From positions 456 to 64,455 of the forward strand of contig JAFQFP010000003.1 of assembly GCA_017398625.1 (NCBI GenBank): 64,000 nt of DNA. Direction: 5' to 3'. A model generated the notes under the pieces. It searched no databases. It was not told where the DNA came from and worked only from the letters and a program-made list of their open reading frames with translations. The stretch is from Oscillospiraceae bacterium (GTDB lineage: Bacteria > Bacillota > Clostridia > Oscillospirales > Oscillospiraceae). Both the position numbers and the translations under genes were made by a program. Positions 30,513 to 42,090 of the stretch are shown piece after piece (positions within the stretch are counted from its first letter, which is position 1; each line of letters starts with the position of its first letter).

Positions 30513-31358
30513 ATGGCTGGCGTTTCCACAAAGGAAATCAAAAACCGGATCCGGAGCATGGAGTCCACCAAGCAGATCACCAAGGCCATGGAAATGGTTG
30601 CAGCCTCCAAGCTCCGCAGGGCGCAGACACAGGTTCTGAATTCCCGCCCTTATTTTGAGATCCTATATTCTACGATCAACGATATCGTGGATTCCAACCG
30701 GGATTTTTCCTCACCCTATCTGACCCAGCGCAGCGGCAACCGTGCCGCCTATGTGGTGGTAGCCGGTGACCGGGGACTTGCCGGTGGCTATAACAGCAAT
30801 ATTCTCAAGCTGTGCTACGGCGAGATGGCAGGTAAGGAAGCCTCCGTTCTGCCCATCGGCAAGAAGGCAGTGGAGTTTTTCCGCAGCCGGAAGATCCCGC
30901 TGCTGTCGGAAAGCTATACCGAGGCAGAGGAGCTTTCCGTAGGCGATTGCTTTACCATCGCCAAGCAGCTTTGCAAGGCATACCGCAGCGGCGAGTTTGA
31001 CGAGATCTATGTTGGCTATACCAACTTTGTCTCCGTCCTTTCCCAGACCCCTGCCACGCTGCGTCTGCTGCCCCTGCTGCGGGAGCAGACCGGACGGGAG
31101 GGAACTGTGCAGTCCGACATCGTCTACGAGCCGGACAGCGTGGAAGTGTTCGACGCCATCATCCCCGAATATCTGGGCGGCATCATCTACGGCGCTCTGT
31201 GCGAAAGCCGTGCGGCTGAGCAGGCAGCCCGCCGTACTGCCATGGACTCTGCCACCCAAAACGCGGAGGATATGATCGCGGATCTGAGCCTTAAGTTCAA
31301 CCGTGCCCGTCAGGCAGCCATCACTCAGGAGATCACTGAGATCGTGGCAGGCTCTTAA
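30513..31358 (+). CDS. atpG: F1 subunit gamma
   Basis: ITKAMEMVAASK, DRGLAGGYN, RQAAITQEITEIVAG. Confidence 0.98.
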   Translation: MAGVSTKEIKNRIRSMESTKQITKAMEMVAASKLRRAQTQVLNSRPYFEILYSTINDIVDSNRDFSSPYLTQRSGNRAAYVVVAGDRGLAGGYNSNILKLCYGEMAGKEASVLPIGKKAVEFFRSRKIPLLSESYTEAEELSVGDCFTIAKQLCKAYRSGEFDEIYVGYTNFVSVLSQTPATLRLLPLLREQTGREGTVQSDIVYEPDSVEVFDAIIPEYLGGIIYGALCESRAAEQAARRTAMDSATQNAEDMIADLSLKFNRARQAAITQEITEIVAGS

Positions 31359-31398
31359 GGAAGCACAAATAGAATCCTTATTTCTACAAAGGAGTTGA

Positions 31399-33203
<1,805 letters not shown>

Positions 33204-33204
33204 G

Positions 33205-33234
33205 AAAAAAGTCCCGCCACCGGCGGGACTTTTT
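33205..33234 (+). terminator. Terminator of the atp operon
   Basis: AAAAAAGTCCCGCC-AC-CGGCGGGACTTTTT. Confidence 0.85.
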
Positions 33235-33254
33235 GCGTGCATCGCCCCGAAAGG

Positions 33255-33593
33255 TTCCGATTTGTTGGGGTGTGGGTGGCTGCTGAGCGCCAAAGCCCCC
33301 CTTGCCTAAAGGGGTAAGCGAAGCGCAGTCGCGGTAGTGAATGACAGTCCGGTGGACTGTCAGAGCCGCGACCGGAATCGCCGCAGCGATTAGTCAGCGA
33401 AGCTGACAGGGGGGATACTTCATCAAGTCTCCACAGCGCCCTAGGAAATACCGCCAAAAAGACCCTGTAAAACCAAGGGATTGTTCCGTTTCAAAACCTT
33501 ACAATCCCCCAGTCAAAAATCAAATAGATTTTTGACAGCCCCCTTTACACAAGGGGGCCTTTGGGTGCGGTTCAAACATGTCGACAAATCGGA
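33255..33593. repeat. Composite nested REP/MITE-like palindromic element
   Basis: Outer IR TTCCGATTTGT/ACAAATCGGAA; inner IR GCCCCCCTTGCCTAAAGGGG/CCCCCTTTACACAAGGGGGC; internal hairpins TGACAGTCCGGTGGACTGTCA, GTCAGCGAAGCTGAC, GTCAAAAATC..GATTTTTGAC. Confidence 0.7.
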
Positions 33594-33627
33594 AGTTTGC
33601 AAATGGAATACTGTAAAGAATGTTTTC

Positions 33628-33657
33628 AGGGGGTGCTGCAAATCGCAGCACCCCCTG
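33628..33657 (-). terminator. Hairpin after glf
   Basis: AGGGGGTGCTGC-loop-GCAGCACCCCCT. Confidence 0.7.
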
Positions 33658-33660
33658 TTA

Positions 33661-34764
33661 TTATGCCAGCTCCTTTGCCGCACGCTCCAGTGCGCCGGCA
33701 ATGACGGCATCCATATCGTAGTACTTATACTCGCCCAGCCGCCCGCCGAAGATCACCTTTTCCTCACCGTCGGCAAGTGCCTTATACTGCCGGTACAGCG
33801 CCCCGTTCTTTTCATCGTTCACCGGGTAATAGGGCTCATCACCGGGTTTCCACTGCATACTGTATTCCCGGCTGATCACAGTTTTGCTCTGCTGCCCGAA
33901 TTCAAAGAACTTGTGCTCAATGATCCGTGTCCAAGGGGTCTCCCGGTCGGTATAGTTCACCGCCGCGTTGCCTTGGAAGCTGGGCATATCCAAAACCTCT
34001 GTCTCAAACCGGACACTGCGGTACTCCAGCGCTCCCAGACGGTAGCCGAAATAGGCATCCACCGCCCCAGTGTACACCACCCGGTCTGCCACGGCATCCC
34101 AAGATGCCTTGTTTTCCAGGTAGTCCACCCCAAGCTTCACAGGAATCCCTTCCAGCATCCGCTCCACCATAGCGGTGTAGCCCCCTATGGGGATGCCCTG
34201 ATACAGGGCATTGAAATAGTTATTATCGTAGCTCAGCCGCACAGGCAGCCGCTTGATGATAAAGGCAGGCAACTGGCTGCAGGGTCTGCCCCACTGCTTC
34301 TCTGTGTAGCCCTTTACCAGCTTTTCGTAAATATCGGTGCCCACCAGAGAGATTGCCTGCTCCTCCAGATTCTTCGGCTGAGTAATGCCTGCCGCCTGCC
34401 GCTGGCGGGCGATCTCCTTTGCCGCCTGCTCCGGTGTCACCACCCCCCACATCCGGTTGAAGGTGTACATATTAAAGGGCAGAGAATAGATCTCCCCCTT
34501 GTAATTTGCCACCGGAGAATTGGTGAAGCGGTTGAACTCCGCAAAGCGGTTTACATAACTCCAAACCTCTTTGTTATTGGTATGGAAGATATGGGCGCCG
34601 TAGACATGGACCTGAATACCCTCTACGGGCTTGGTATACACATTTCCGGCAATATGGCTGCGGCGGTCGATGACCAGCACCGACTTCCCCGCGTCTGCTG
34701 CCTGCCGGGCGAACACCGCGCCGTAGAGCCCGGCGCCCACCACCAGATAATCGTATTTTGCCAT
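33661..34764 (-). CDS. glf: UDP-galactopyranose mutase
   Basis: VGAGLYGA, HIAGN, YGAHIFHT, YTEKQWG, EPYYP, GRLGEYKYYDM. Confidence 0.97.
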   Translation of the reverse strand: MAKYDYLVVGAGLYGAVFARQAADAGKSVLVIDRRSHIAGNVYTKPVEGIQVHVYGAHIFHTNNKEVWSYVNRFAEFNRFTNSPVANYKGEIYSLPFNMYTFNRMWGVVTPEQAAKEIARQRQAAGITQPKNLEEQAISLVGTDIYEKLVKGYTEKQWGRPCSQLPAFIIKRLPVRLSYDNNYFNALYQGIPIGGYTAMVERMLEGIPVKLGVDYLENKASWDAVADRVVYTGAVDAYFGYRLGALEYRSVRFETEVLDMPSFQGNAAVNYTDRETPWTRIIEHKFFEFGQQSKTVISREYSMQWKPGDEPYYPVNDEKNGALYRQYKALADGEEKVIFGGRLGEYKYYDMDAVIAGALERAAKELA

Positions 34765-34779
34765 GGCGAATTCCCCGAT

Positions 34780-35451
34780 CTACCGCATCGCTTCCAGCGC
34801 GGCGCTGGCGGCTGCCTGCTCCGCCCGTTTTTTGCTGCTGCCGGTACCGGTACCGATGACCGTGCCGTTGAGAAGCACCTCCACAGAAAACTGCTTATCA
34901 TGGTCGGGGCCTGTCTCACCGGTGAGCCGATAGGACAGAATCTGATTCTTTTTCCGCTGTACCAGCTCCTGCAGCGCCGTTTTATAGTCCGCGTTGTGCA
35001 TACCCTTTACCGGCACATTGCTGAGGATAAACCGCTGAATGATCCCCCGTGCCGCGGTCATGCCGCCGTCGAGAAAGCTTGCGGCAATAACGCTTTCCAC
35101 CGCGTCTGCCAAGATGGAGCTGCGGCGGCGTCCCCCCTGCTCCTCGCCGTGACCCAGCAGCAGATGGCTGCCCAAGCCCAGCGTATTGGCAACGGCGGCA
35201 AGCGCCTGTTCACAGACCATATCTGCCCGCATCCGGGTCAGCTCGCCCTCGGGACGGTCTGGGAAACTGCGGTACAAATGTTCTGCCACCACCATACCCA
35301 GAATGGAGTCCCCCAGAAATTCCAGCCGCTCATTGCTTTTCAAGCTGTCATGCCAATATTCGTTGGCATAGGAGGAATGGGTCAGCGCATTTTGCAGCAG
35401 GGTGATATTTTGGAAGCGGTAGCCAAGAGCTGCCTCCAGATCCTTGATCAT
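34780..35451 (-). CDS. rnc: Ribonuclease III
   Basis: ALTHSS, NERLEFLGD, dsRBD (YKTALQE...SKKRAEQ). Confidence 0.97.
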   Translation of the reverse strand: MIKDLEAALGYRFQNITLLQNALTHSSYANEYWHDSLKSNERLEFLGDSILGMVVAEHLYRSFPDRPEGELTRMRADMVCEQALAAVANTLGLGSHLLLGHGEEQGGRRRSSILADAVESVIAASFLDGGMTAARGIIQRFILSNVPVKGMHNADYKTALQELVQRKKNQILSYRLTGETGPDHDKQFSVEVLLNGTVIGTGTGSSKKRAEQAAASAALEAMR

Positions 35452-36482
35452 TGTGATGTCTCCTTCATTTCCGCCAAAACACGCAGCCCCTGCTCCAGCT
35501 CAGCGGAAATATCGCCGGATGCCGCGTCCATAGCCTGCTTCACCGCGTTGCGGAACGCCAGCGCGTCGGAGGAGCCGTGGGCCTTGATCACCGGCTTACG
35601 GATGCCCAAAAACTGGGTGCCGCCGATCTGTCGGTAGTCCAGCAGCTTCTTCATTTCGTTCACGCCGCTTTTACAGCACAGGTAGCCCAGCTTGCTCAGC
35701 AGGTTCTTCTTGAACAGCCCCTTCAGCTTGCTGCCCATAAACATAGCAGTGCCCTCGATAGACTTCAGCAGCACATTGCCGGAGAAGCCGTCGCAGACAA
35801 CCACATCCACCTCGCCCAGCGGCACACCCCGGGCTTCCACATTACCTGTGAAATTCAGCAGACCCTTGCCCGCTGCATCCTGCAGCAGTGCATAGGCCTC
35901 TTTCTGCAAAGGTGTGCCCTTGGAATCCTCGGTGCCGATGTTCAAAAGGCCTACTCTGGGGTTTTCTATGCCCAGATACTTTTTGGCATACAGAGAGCCC
36001 ACCAGACCGAACTGCAGCAGAAACTCCGCAGTACACTCGGCGTTGGCACCGCAGTCCAGGATCACCGTCTTGCCGCCGGTCTTATTGGGCATGGCAGGGC
36101 CCATCGCCGCCCGGCGGATACCTTTCACCCGCTTGACGATCAAGGTCGCGCCGGTGAGCAGTGCGCCGGTGCTGCCTGCGGACACGAAAGCATCTCCCCG
36201 TCCGTCTGCCAGCATCTTCAGACCCACCACCATAGACGAACCCTTCCGCTTATGTATCACGGAAGCGGGGTCGTCATGCATATCCACCACATCGTCGGCA
36301 TTGGCGATCTCGATGCCGTCGGGAAGATCTGCGATATTGTTGCTGCGCAGCACCTCCAAGATCTGGTCGCCCTTACCCACCAGCGTGATCTGGGCCCCGA
36401 AGGTCTTTGCCGCATCGATGGCACCTAAGACCGGTGCCTGAGGGGCATTGTCGCCGCCCATGGCATCGAGAATGATTTTCAT
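35448..36482 (-). CDS. plsX: Phosphate acyltransferase PlsX
   Basis: DAMGGDNAP, SAGSTGA, LD.GAN, LLNIG.E..KG, DGFSGN..LK, KAHGSS. Confidence 0.97.
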   Translation of the reverse strand: MKIILDAMGGDNAPQAPVLGAIDAAKTFGAQITLVGKGDQILEVLRSNNIADLPDGIEIANADDVVDMHDDPASVIHKRKGSSMVVGLKMLADGRGDAFVSAGSTGALLTGATLIVKRVKGIRRAAMGPAMPNKTGGKTVILDCGANAECTAEFLLQFGLVGSLYAKKYLGIENPRVGLLNIGTEDSKGTPLQKEAYALLQDAAGKGLLNFTGNVEARGVPLGEVDVVVCDGFSGNVLLKSIEGTAMFMGSKLKGLFKKNLLSKLGYLCCKSGVNEMKKLLDYRQIGGTQFLGIRKPVIKAHGSSDALAFRNAVKQAMDAASGDISAELEQGLRVLAEMKETSQ

Positions 36483-36501
36483 AGCCGCACCTCTTTCTTC
36501 G

Positions 36502-37806
36502 TTATACGCCCTGCGCCGCCAGACTGTCGATCACAGCCAGAGAACGGTTGGCAATGGCGAGATTCTTCTCGGATTTCTTCTTGATCCGCTGCTCCAAGGG
36601 AGCGATGATGCTGAAATTGATGTTCATGGGCTGGAAATCCTTAACGGTCTCGTCGCTGATATACAGCCCAAGCGCACCGATGGCGGTGGTTTTGGGGAAC
36701 TGGGGCAGGGGTCTGCCCTGCACCTTTGCTGCCATAGCCACTGCAGCCAGATAGCCGGAGGCAGTGCTTTCCACATAGCCCTCCACGCCTGTCATCTGCC
36801 CGGCAAATGCCACCAGCGGATCCCGGCGGTCTGCGTAGTATTTGTCCAGCAGCCGGGGGCTTTGCAGGAAGGTATTGCGGTGCATCACACCGTAACGGAC
36901 AAATTCCGCGTTTTTCAACGCCGGGATCATGGAAAATACCCGCTTCTGCTCACCGAATTTCAAATGGGTCTGGAAGCCCACAAGGTTATACACCGTACCT
37001 GCGGAATTGTCCAGCCGAAGCTGCACCACCGCATAGGGTTCTCTGCCGGTTTTGGGGTCTGTCAGACCCACAGGCTTCAGCGGCCCATATCGCAGGGTAT
37101 CAAAGCCCCGCCGCGCCATGACCTCCACAGGCATACAGCCCTCAAACACATTCTTATCCTCAAAGCCGTGGACAGGGGCTTCCTCGGCAGCCACCAGCTC
37201 CTTGATAAATGCCTCGTACTGTTCCTTGTTCATGGCGCAGTTTACATAATCCGGTGTTCCCCGGTCATAGCGGCTCTGCCACCATGCCTGCTCCATGTCC
37301 ACAGACTCCGCGGTCACCAGCGGTGCCGCCGCGTCAAAAAAATGCAGGTAGCCCTCTCCGAAGTATTCCCCGATGGCATCGGACAGAGCATCGGAGGTCA
37401 GCGGCCCGGTGGCGATGATCACGGGGCCCTCCGGCACCCTTGTCCTCTCCTGCGCCGTCACGGTGATATTGGGATGGTTTTTCAGCTTTTCCGTGACCAT
37501 AGCGGAAAAGCCCTCCCGATCCACTGCCAGACAGCCGCCGGCTTCCACCCGGGTGGCATCGGCACAGGCGATGATCAGGCTGTCCAGCCGACGCAGCTCC
37601 TCCTTCAGCAGACCCACCGCGTTTTCCAAGCGGTCACCCCGCAGGGAATTGGAGCAGACCAGCTCTGCAAAATCCGGGCTGTGATGGGCAGGGGACATTT
37701 TATGGGGCTTCATTTCCACCAACTCCACGGAAATGCCCCGCTGGGCAAGCTGCCAAGCAGCCTCGCTGCCTGCCAGCCCCGCACCGATGACGGTTACCTT
37801 GCTCAT
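36502..37806 (-). CDS. trmFO: FAD/folate-dependent tRNA m5U54 methyltransferase
   Basis: GAGLAGSEAAWQ, AELVCSNS, FFDAAAP, GQMTGVEGYVES. Confidence 0.97.
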   Translation of the reverse strand: MSKVTVIGAGLAGSEAAWQLAQRGISVELVEMKPHKMSPAHHSPDFAELVCSNSLRGDRLENAVGLLKEELRRLDSLIIACADATRVEAGGCLAVDREGFSAMVTEKLKNHPNITVTAQERTRVPEGPVIIATGPLTSDALSDAIGEYFGEGYLHFFDAAAPLVTAESVDMEQAWWQSRYDRGTPDYVNCAMNKEQYEAFIKELVAAEEAPVHGFEDKNVFEGCMPVEVMARRGFDTLRYGPLKPVGLTDPKTGREPYAVVQLRLDNSAGTVYNLVGFQTHLKFGEQKRVFSMIPALKNAEFVRYGVMHRNTFLQSPRLLDKYYADRRDPLVAFAGQMTGVEGYVESTASGYLAAVAMAAKVQGRPLPQFPKTTAIGALGLYISDETVKDFQPMNINFSIIAPLEQRIKKKSEKNLAIANRSLAVIDSLAAQGV

Positions 37807-40094
37807 TTCTTCTCTCCCTCTTTTTTTCGGGCTTTGGTCTTAGCGGCAGGCTTTTTTGCTGCCGTCTTTTTGGCGGTCTTCTTTGCTGCCGCCTTTTTAG
37901 CGGTTTTCTTTGCCGCTGTCTTTTTTTCGGTCTTCGCCTCCACCGGCTTTTCACCCTCTGCTTCGGCAGTTTCCCCGGTTTCCGGCTTCTTATAGTAGCC
38001 CCGCTTGTCCTCCGGCAGGAAGTCCGGACAGCTTTCGTTGATACAGAAGCTCTTCATCCTGCCTCTGCCGGATTTTTTGAACAGGGTCTGGCCGCATTTT
38101 TCGCAATCCTTATCCGTGGGCACATCCCATGTCATAAAGCCGCACTCCGCGCCCCGCTCGCAGCTATAGTAGGCATAGCCCCGCTTGGACTTGCGCTTGA
38201 GGATACCGCTGCCGCACTTAGGACACCGACCGGGCATCCGCTCTATGATGGGCTTGGTGTTGGTGCATTCCGGCCAGCCGGGGCAGGCAAGGAACTTGCC
38301 GAACCGTCCCACCTTCACGATCATATTCTTGCCGCAGACCTCGCAGATCTCCTCGGTGACTTCATCGGGCACCTTCAGCCGCACGCCCTCCAGCGCCGCC
38401 TCCGCATCCTCCATCTCCTGACGGAAGCCTTGATAGAAGTCCGCAAGCACATCCTTCCAGCGGCGCTTACCTTCTTCCACATCATCCAGCTTGGTCTCCA
38501 TATCGGCGGTAAACTCTACATCGATCACATCGGTGAACCGCTGGGTCATCAGCCCGGTGACTACCTCGCCCAGCGCCGTGGGCAGCAGCCGCTTGTCCTG
38601 CTTGGTCACATACTCCCGATCCTGAATGGTGGAGATGGTGGCAGCATAGGTAGAAGGTCTGCCCACACCCTTTTCCTCCATTGCCTTCACCAAAGTAGCT
38701 TCGGTATAGCGGGCTGGCGGCTGGGTGAAATGCTGCTCCTTTTCGATCTTGGATGCCAGCGCACGGTCGCCCTCCTGCAGATCCGGCAGCGGAGCGCCTG
38801 TCGCCTCCGCTTCCTCGTCCCGGCCCTCCTCGTACACGGCGACAAAGCCTGTAAAACGCATACTCTGATGGCTGGAACGGAAAATATGACCGGCACAGGC
38901 GGTATCAATAGACACAGTGTCATACACCGCATTCGCCATCTGAGTAGCAAGGAACCGGCTCCAGATCAGCTTATACAGCCGGTACTGATCCATGGTCAGA
39001 GAACCCCGGACACGCTCCGGATCCAACTCCACATGGGTGGGGCGGATGGCCTCATGACCGTCCTGCGCGCTGTTTTTATTCTTGTATACATGGAATTTTC
39101 CATAGTAATAATCGTTGCCGTAACGGCTGCGGATAAAGGCGGCAGCCTCCGCCATAGCCTCGTCGCTGAGACGCAGGGAGTCGGTACGCATATAGGTGAT
39201 CAAGCCCAGAGTGCCCTCACCTGCCACATCCACGCCCTCATAAAGCTGCTGGGCGATGGCCATGGTGCGCTTGGGGGTCATGTTCAGCTTCCGGGAAGCC
39301 TCCTGCTGCAAGGTGGAGGTGGTAAAGGGAGGCGCGGCGGTGCGCTTCTTTTCCGCCCGCTTCACACCGGTGACCGTAAACTCCTTGCCGGTAATATCGT
39401 CGATAATACTCTGCACCTGCAGCTCGTTTTCCAGCTCCCGCTTTTTATCCTCGCCGTGGTACTTCGCCACAAAGGAGCCTGCCTTGCCGATGCGCTGCAG
39501 TGTCACCTCCAGCGACCAGTACTCCCGGGGCTGGAAGGCGCGGATCTCATTCTCCCGGTCCACCACCAGACGGGTGGCTACGGATTGCACTCTGCCTGCG
39601 GACAGACCCCGGCGCACCTTCTTCCACAGCAGCGGAGAAAGCTGATAGCCCACGATCCGGTCCAACACCCGCCGTGCCTGCTGGGCATCCACAAGATCAT
39701 AGTCGATGTTCCTTGGCTGGGCGATGGATTGACGCACCACCTTCTGGGTGATCTCGTTGAAGGTGACCCGCCGGGTCTTCTCATCGGGAAGCTCCAGCAG
39801 CTCCTTCAGATGCCAAGAGATCGCCTCTCCCTCCCGATCCGGGTCCGTTGCCAGATACACGGTCTTTGCCGAAGCGGCTGCCTTACGCAGCTCGTCGATC
39901 AGCGCTTCCTTACCGGGAACGGCTACATATTCCGGTGTGAAGTCTCTGTCCAGATCCACGCCCATGGTGCTCTTGGGCAGATCCCGCAGATGGCCCATGC
40001 TGGCCTTTACGGTATAGTCCGGTCCCAGATACTTGCCAATGGTCTTGGCCTTGGACGGGGACTCCACAATTACAAGATTTGTCGGTTTTGCCAT
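37803..40094 (-). CDS. topA: DNA topoisomerase I with Lys/Ala-rich tail
   Basis: IVESPSKAK, ATDPDREGE, SAGRVQS, ITYMRTDS, zinc ribbons, KKTAAKK repeats. Confidence 0.97.
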   Translation of the reverse strand: MAKPTNLVIVESPSKAKTIGKYLGPDYTVKASMGHLRDLPKSTMGVDLDRDFTPEYVAVPGKEALIDELRKAAASAKTVYLATDPDREGEAISWHLKELLELPDEKTRRVTFNEITQKVVRQSIAQPRNIDYDLVDAQQARRVLDRIVGYQLSPLLWKKVRRGLSAGRVQSVATRLVVDRENEIRAFQPREYWSLEVTLQRIGKAGSFVAKYHGEDKKRELENELQVQSIIDDITGKEFTVTGVKRAEKKRTAAPPFTTSTLQQEASRKLNMTPKRTMAIAQQLYEGVDVAGEGTLGLITYMRTDSLRLSDEAMAEAAAFIRSRYGNDYYYGKFHVYKNKNSAQDGHEAIRPTHVELDPERVRGSLTMDQYRLYKLIWSRFLATQMANAVYDTVSIDTACAGHIFRSSHQSMRFTGFVAVYEEGRDEEAEATGAPLPDLQEGDRALASKIEKEQHFTQPPARYTEATLVKAMEEKGVGRPSTYAATISTIQDREYVTKQDKRLLPTALGEVVTGLMTQRFTDVIDVEFTADMETKLDDVEEGKRRWKDVLADFYQGFRQEMEDAEAALEGVRLKVPDEVTEEICEVCGKNMIVKVGRFGKFLACPGWPECTNTKPIIERMPGRCPKCGSGILKRKSKRGYAYYSCERGAECGFMTWDVPTDKDCEKCGQTLFKKSGRGRMKSFCINESCPDFLPEDKRGYYKKPETGETAEAEGEKPVEAKTEKKTAAKKTAKKAAAKKTAKKTAAKKPAAKTKARKKEGEKK

Positions 40095-40107
40095 GGATTG
40101 CCTCCAG

Positions 40108-41331
40108 TTACTTGATTCGGGTCACACGCCTTCCCGGCAGGGAACGGGCATAGCCCATGACCGTCAGCGTGGTCAGCGCCGCCAGAGCCACCCCGGGTTC
40201 CATGGGTGCCTGTGCGATGATATCATCCGTAAAATGCTCTCCGGGAGTCAGCAGCTCCAGAACAGTACGTTCCGCCTCCGGCAGCCCGGTTTCTTCGCCA
40301 CTATACGCGCCGGCGGACAAATTGTCAACGGATTTTTTGTCAATTTCTTCCTTTGGCGTGGAATTTCCACCGGGGATCGTCACTTCCTGCGCCACATATA
40401 GGTAAGATACAGACTCCTCTGTCAAGGGCGTATCGTCCCGCTTCAGCTTATCCGGAAATTCCTCCGCGTAATCCTGCACCGCGTCCCAGCCGGTGAATGC
40501 TGCCATAGCGCCCTGCCGCAGCAGAGCATTGGAGCCCGCGCAGCTTGCCACGCCGATGTTGCCCGGCACCACATACACATCCCTGCCCTGCTCCAGACAG
40601 TGGGCAGCGGTGTTCAGCGCACCGCTTTTCTCCGGCGCTTCCACGATCAGCACACCCCGGCTCATACCGCTGATGATCCGGTTGCGCCGCAGGAAATTCC
40701 AAGGCAGAGTCCTCGCTCCGGGAGGATACTCGCTGAGCAGACAGCCCTGCCGCTGCACCCGTTCATAGAGTGCCCGGTTCCGTGCCGGATATATATTGTC
40801 GATGGCGCAGCCCAAAACACCGACGACACAGCCCTGTGCCGCCAATGCTCCCTCTGCCGCCTTGGAATCGATGCCCACAGCAAGTCCGGTAACCACGATA
40901 CCGCCGCAGCGGGCGATACCGTGTGCCATCTGCTTGGCACTGGAAAGTCCGTATGCCGAGGCGTGTCTGGTTCCCACCACGCCCAGCATCAGATTTTCAG
41001 AAAACACCGGGAGATCGCCCTTGTAGTACAGCAGCAGGGGCGGATCTTCGATCTCCCTTAACAGCGGCGGATAGCCCCGGTCATGAAAAGTCAAAATATG
41101 GATGCTCTTTTTTACGCAGGTCTCCAATAGCTTCTCCACACGATCCAGCGACTTGTCCAAAAGTACGCGGATCTGCTCCGGCTTCAGCCACTGCACCTGC
41201 GCCAGCGTCTCGGCGCTGGCAGAAAACAGATCCTCCGGCTCGGAAAAATAGGTCAGCAGCTTATGCTTCTCCCGCAGGCTGATATCCGGCAGCTCTGTCA
41301 GCCAAAGCCAGTGCAGCAGCATTTTCCTCAC
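40108..41331 (-). CDS. dprA: DNA-processing protein DprA
   Basis: YP..L.EI.DPP, VVGTR, GLA.GID, F..RNRIISG, VEA..KSG. Confidence 0.95.
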   Translation of the reverse strand: MRKMLLHWLWLTELPDISLREKHKLLTYFSEPEDLFSASAETLAQVQWLKPEQIRVLLDKSLDRVEKLLETCVKKSIHILTFHDRGYPPLLREIEDPPLLLYYKGDLPVFSENLMLGVVGTRHASAYGLSSAKQMAHGIARCGGIVVTGLAVGIDSKAAEGALAAQGCVVGVLGCAIDNIYPARNRALYERVQRQGCLLSEYPPGARTLPWNFLRRNRIISGMSRGVLIVEAPEKSGALNTAAHCLEQGRDVYVVPGNIGVASCAGSNALLRQGAMAAFTGWDAVQDYAEEFPDKLKRDDTPLTEESVSYLYVAQEVTIPGGNSTPKEEIDKKSVDNLSAGAYSGEETGLPEAERTVLELLTPGEHFTDDIIAQAPMEPGVALAALTTLTVMGYARSLPGRRVTRIK

Positions 41332-41340
41332 CCTTTCTGT

Positions 41341-42090
41341 TTATTGCTTCATTTGCCACATTACGATGGCGGCAGCAACTGCCGCGTTGAGGGATTCACA
41401 CCGCTCATCCATGGGGATGATCAGCGCCCGATCCGCCTGAGCAAGGATCTCCTGCCGCACGCCCCTACCCTCGCTGCCGATGACGGTGGCAAGGCTTGCC
41501 AGCGGTGCTTGGCGAATATCCTCCGCCGTTTCTGTAAGGGCGGTGACAGCCACAGGGATCTTCGCTCCCGTCAAAGCGGCGTGTGCCTGCTCCCATGTGG
41601 TCTGCATGGGAACTGTACGCAGCACCGCGCCCATAGAGGCACGGACGACCTTATGGCTGTAGGGGTCAGCACAGCCCTCCAGCAGTGCCACCGGCACCTG
41701 CAGGGCATCCGCCGTCCGCAAAATAGTCCCCAAGTTACCGGGATCTTGGATACCGTCCAGCAGCACCATCCCCTTTTGGGGCTGAAAAGCTGCTTTTTCC
41801 GGCAGGCGGCACAGGAACAGCGCCCCTTGAGGCGTTTCCATGGGAGAAACAGACTCCATTACATCCCGGCTGACCCGTACCACACGCACCTGCTCCGGTA
41901 CTTGAGCCTGAACGCCCTCAGCCAAGATCACCGTGTCCAAGCCCGGATACCAGCGCACCGCTTCTTCCAGCAGCTTCGTTCCGTCCGCCACGAACAGGCC
42001 TGTTTCCTCCCGGTAACGGCGGGAGGACAGCAGCTTTTTCACCTGCTGCAGCAACGGATTCTTTCTGGAGGTGATCCTCTCCTCCATCAT
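41341..42090 (-). CDS. TrmH/SpoU-family RNA methyltransferase
   Basis: QDPGNLGTILRTA, KVVRASMG, GSEG.G, ESLNAA. Confidence 0.93.
   Translation of the reverse strand: MMEERITSRKNPLLQQVKKLLSSRRYREETGLFVADGTKLLEEAVRWYPGLDTVILAEGVQAQVPEQVRVVRVSRDVMESVSPMETPQGALFLCRLPEKAAFQPQKGMVLLDGIQDPGNLGTILRTADALQVPVALLEGCADPYSHKVVRASMGAVLRTVPMQTTWEQAHAALTGAKIPVAVTALTETAEDIRQAPLASLATVIGSEGRGVRQEILAQADRALIIPMDERCESLNAAVAAAIVMWQMKQ

Noticed and set aside
33481-35637. 718-aa plus-strand ORF, and similar long antisense ORFs (38430-40115, 36448-37995, 46948-48456, 14786-16261, 44196-45683, 28989-30392)
   Set aside because: They lie opposite well-supported genes, have no recognisable motifs and are expected from GC-rich codon bias.
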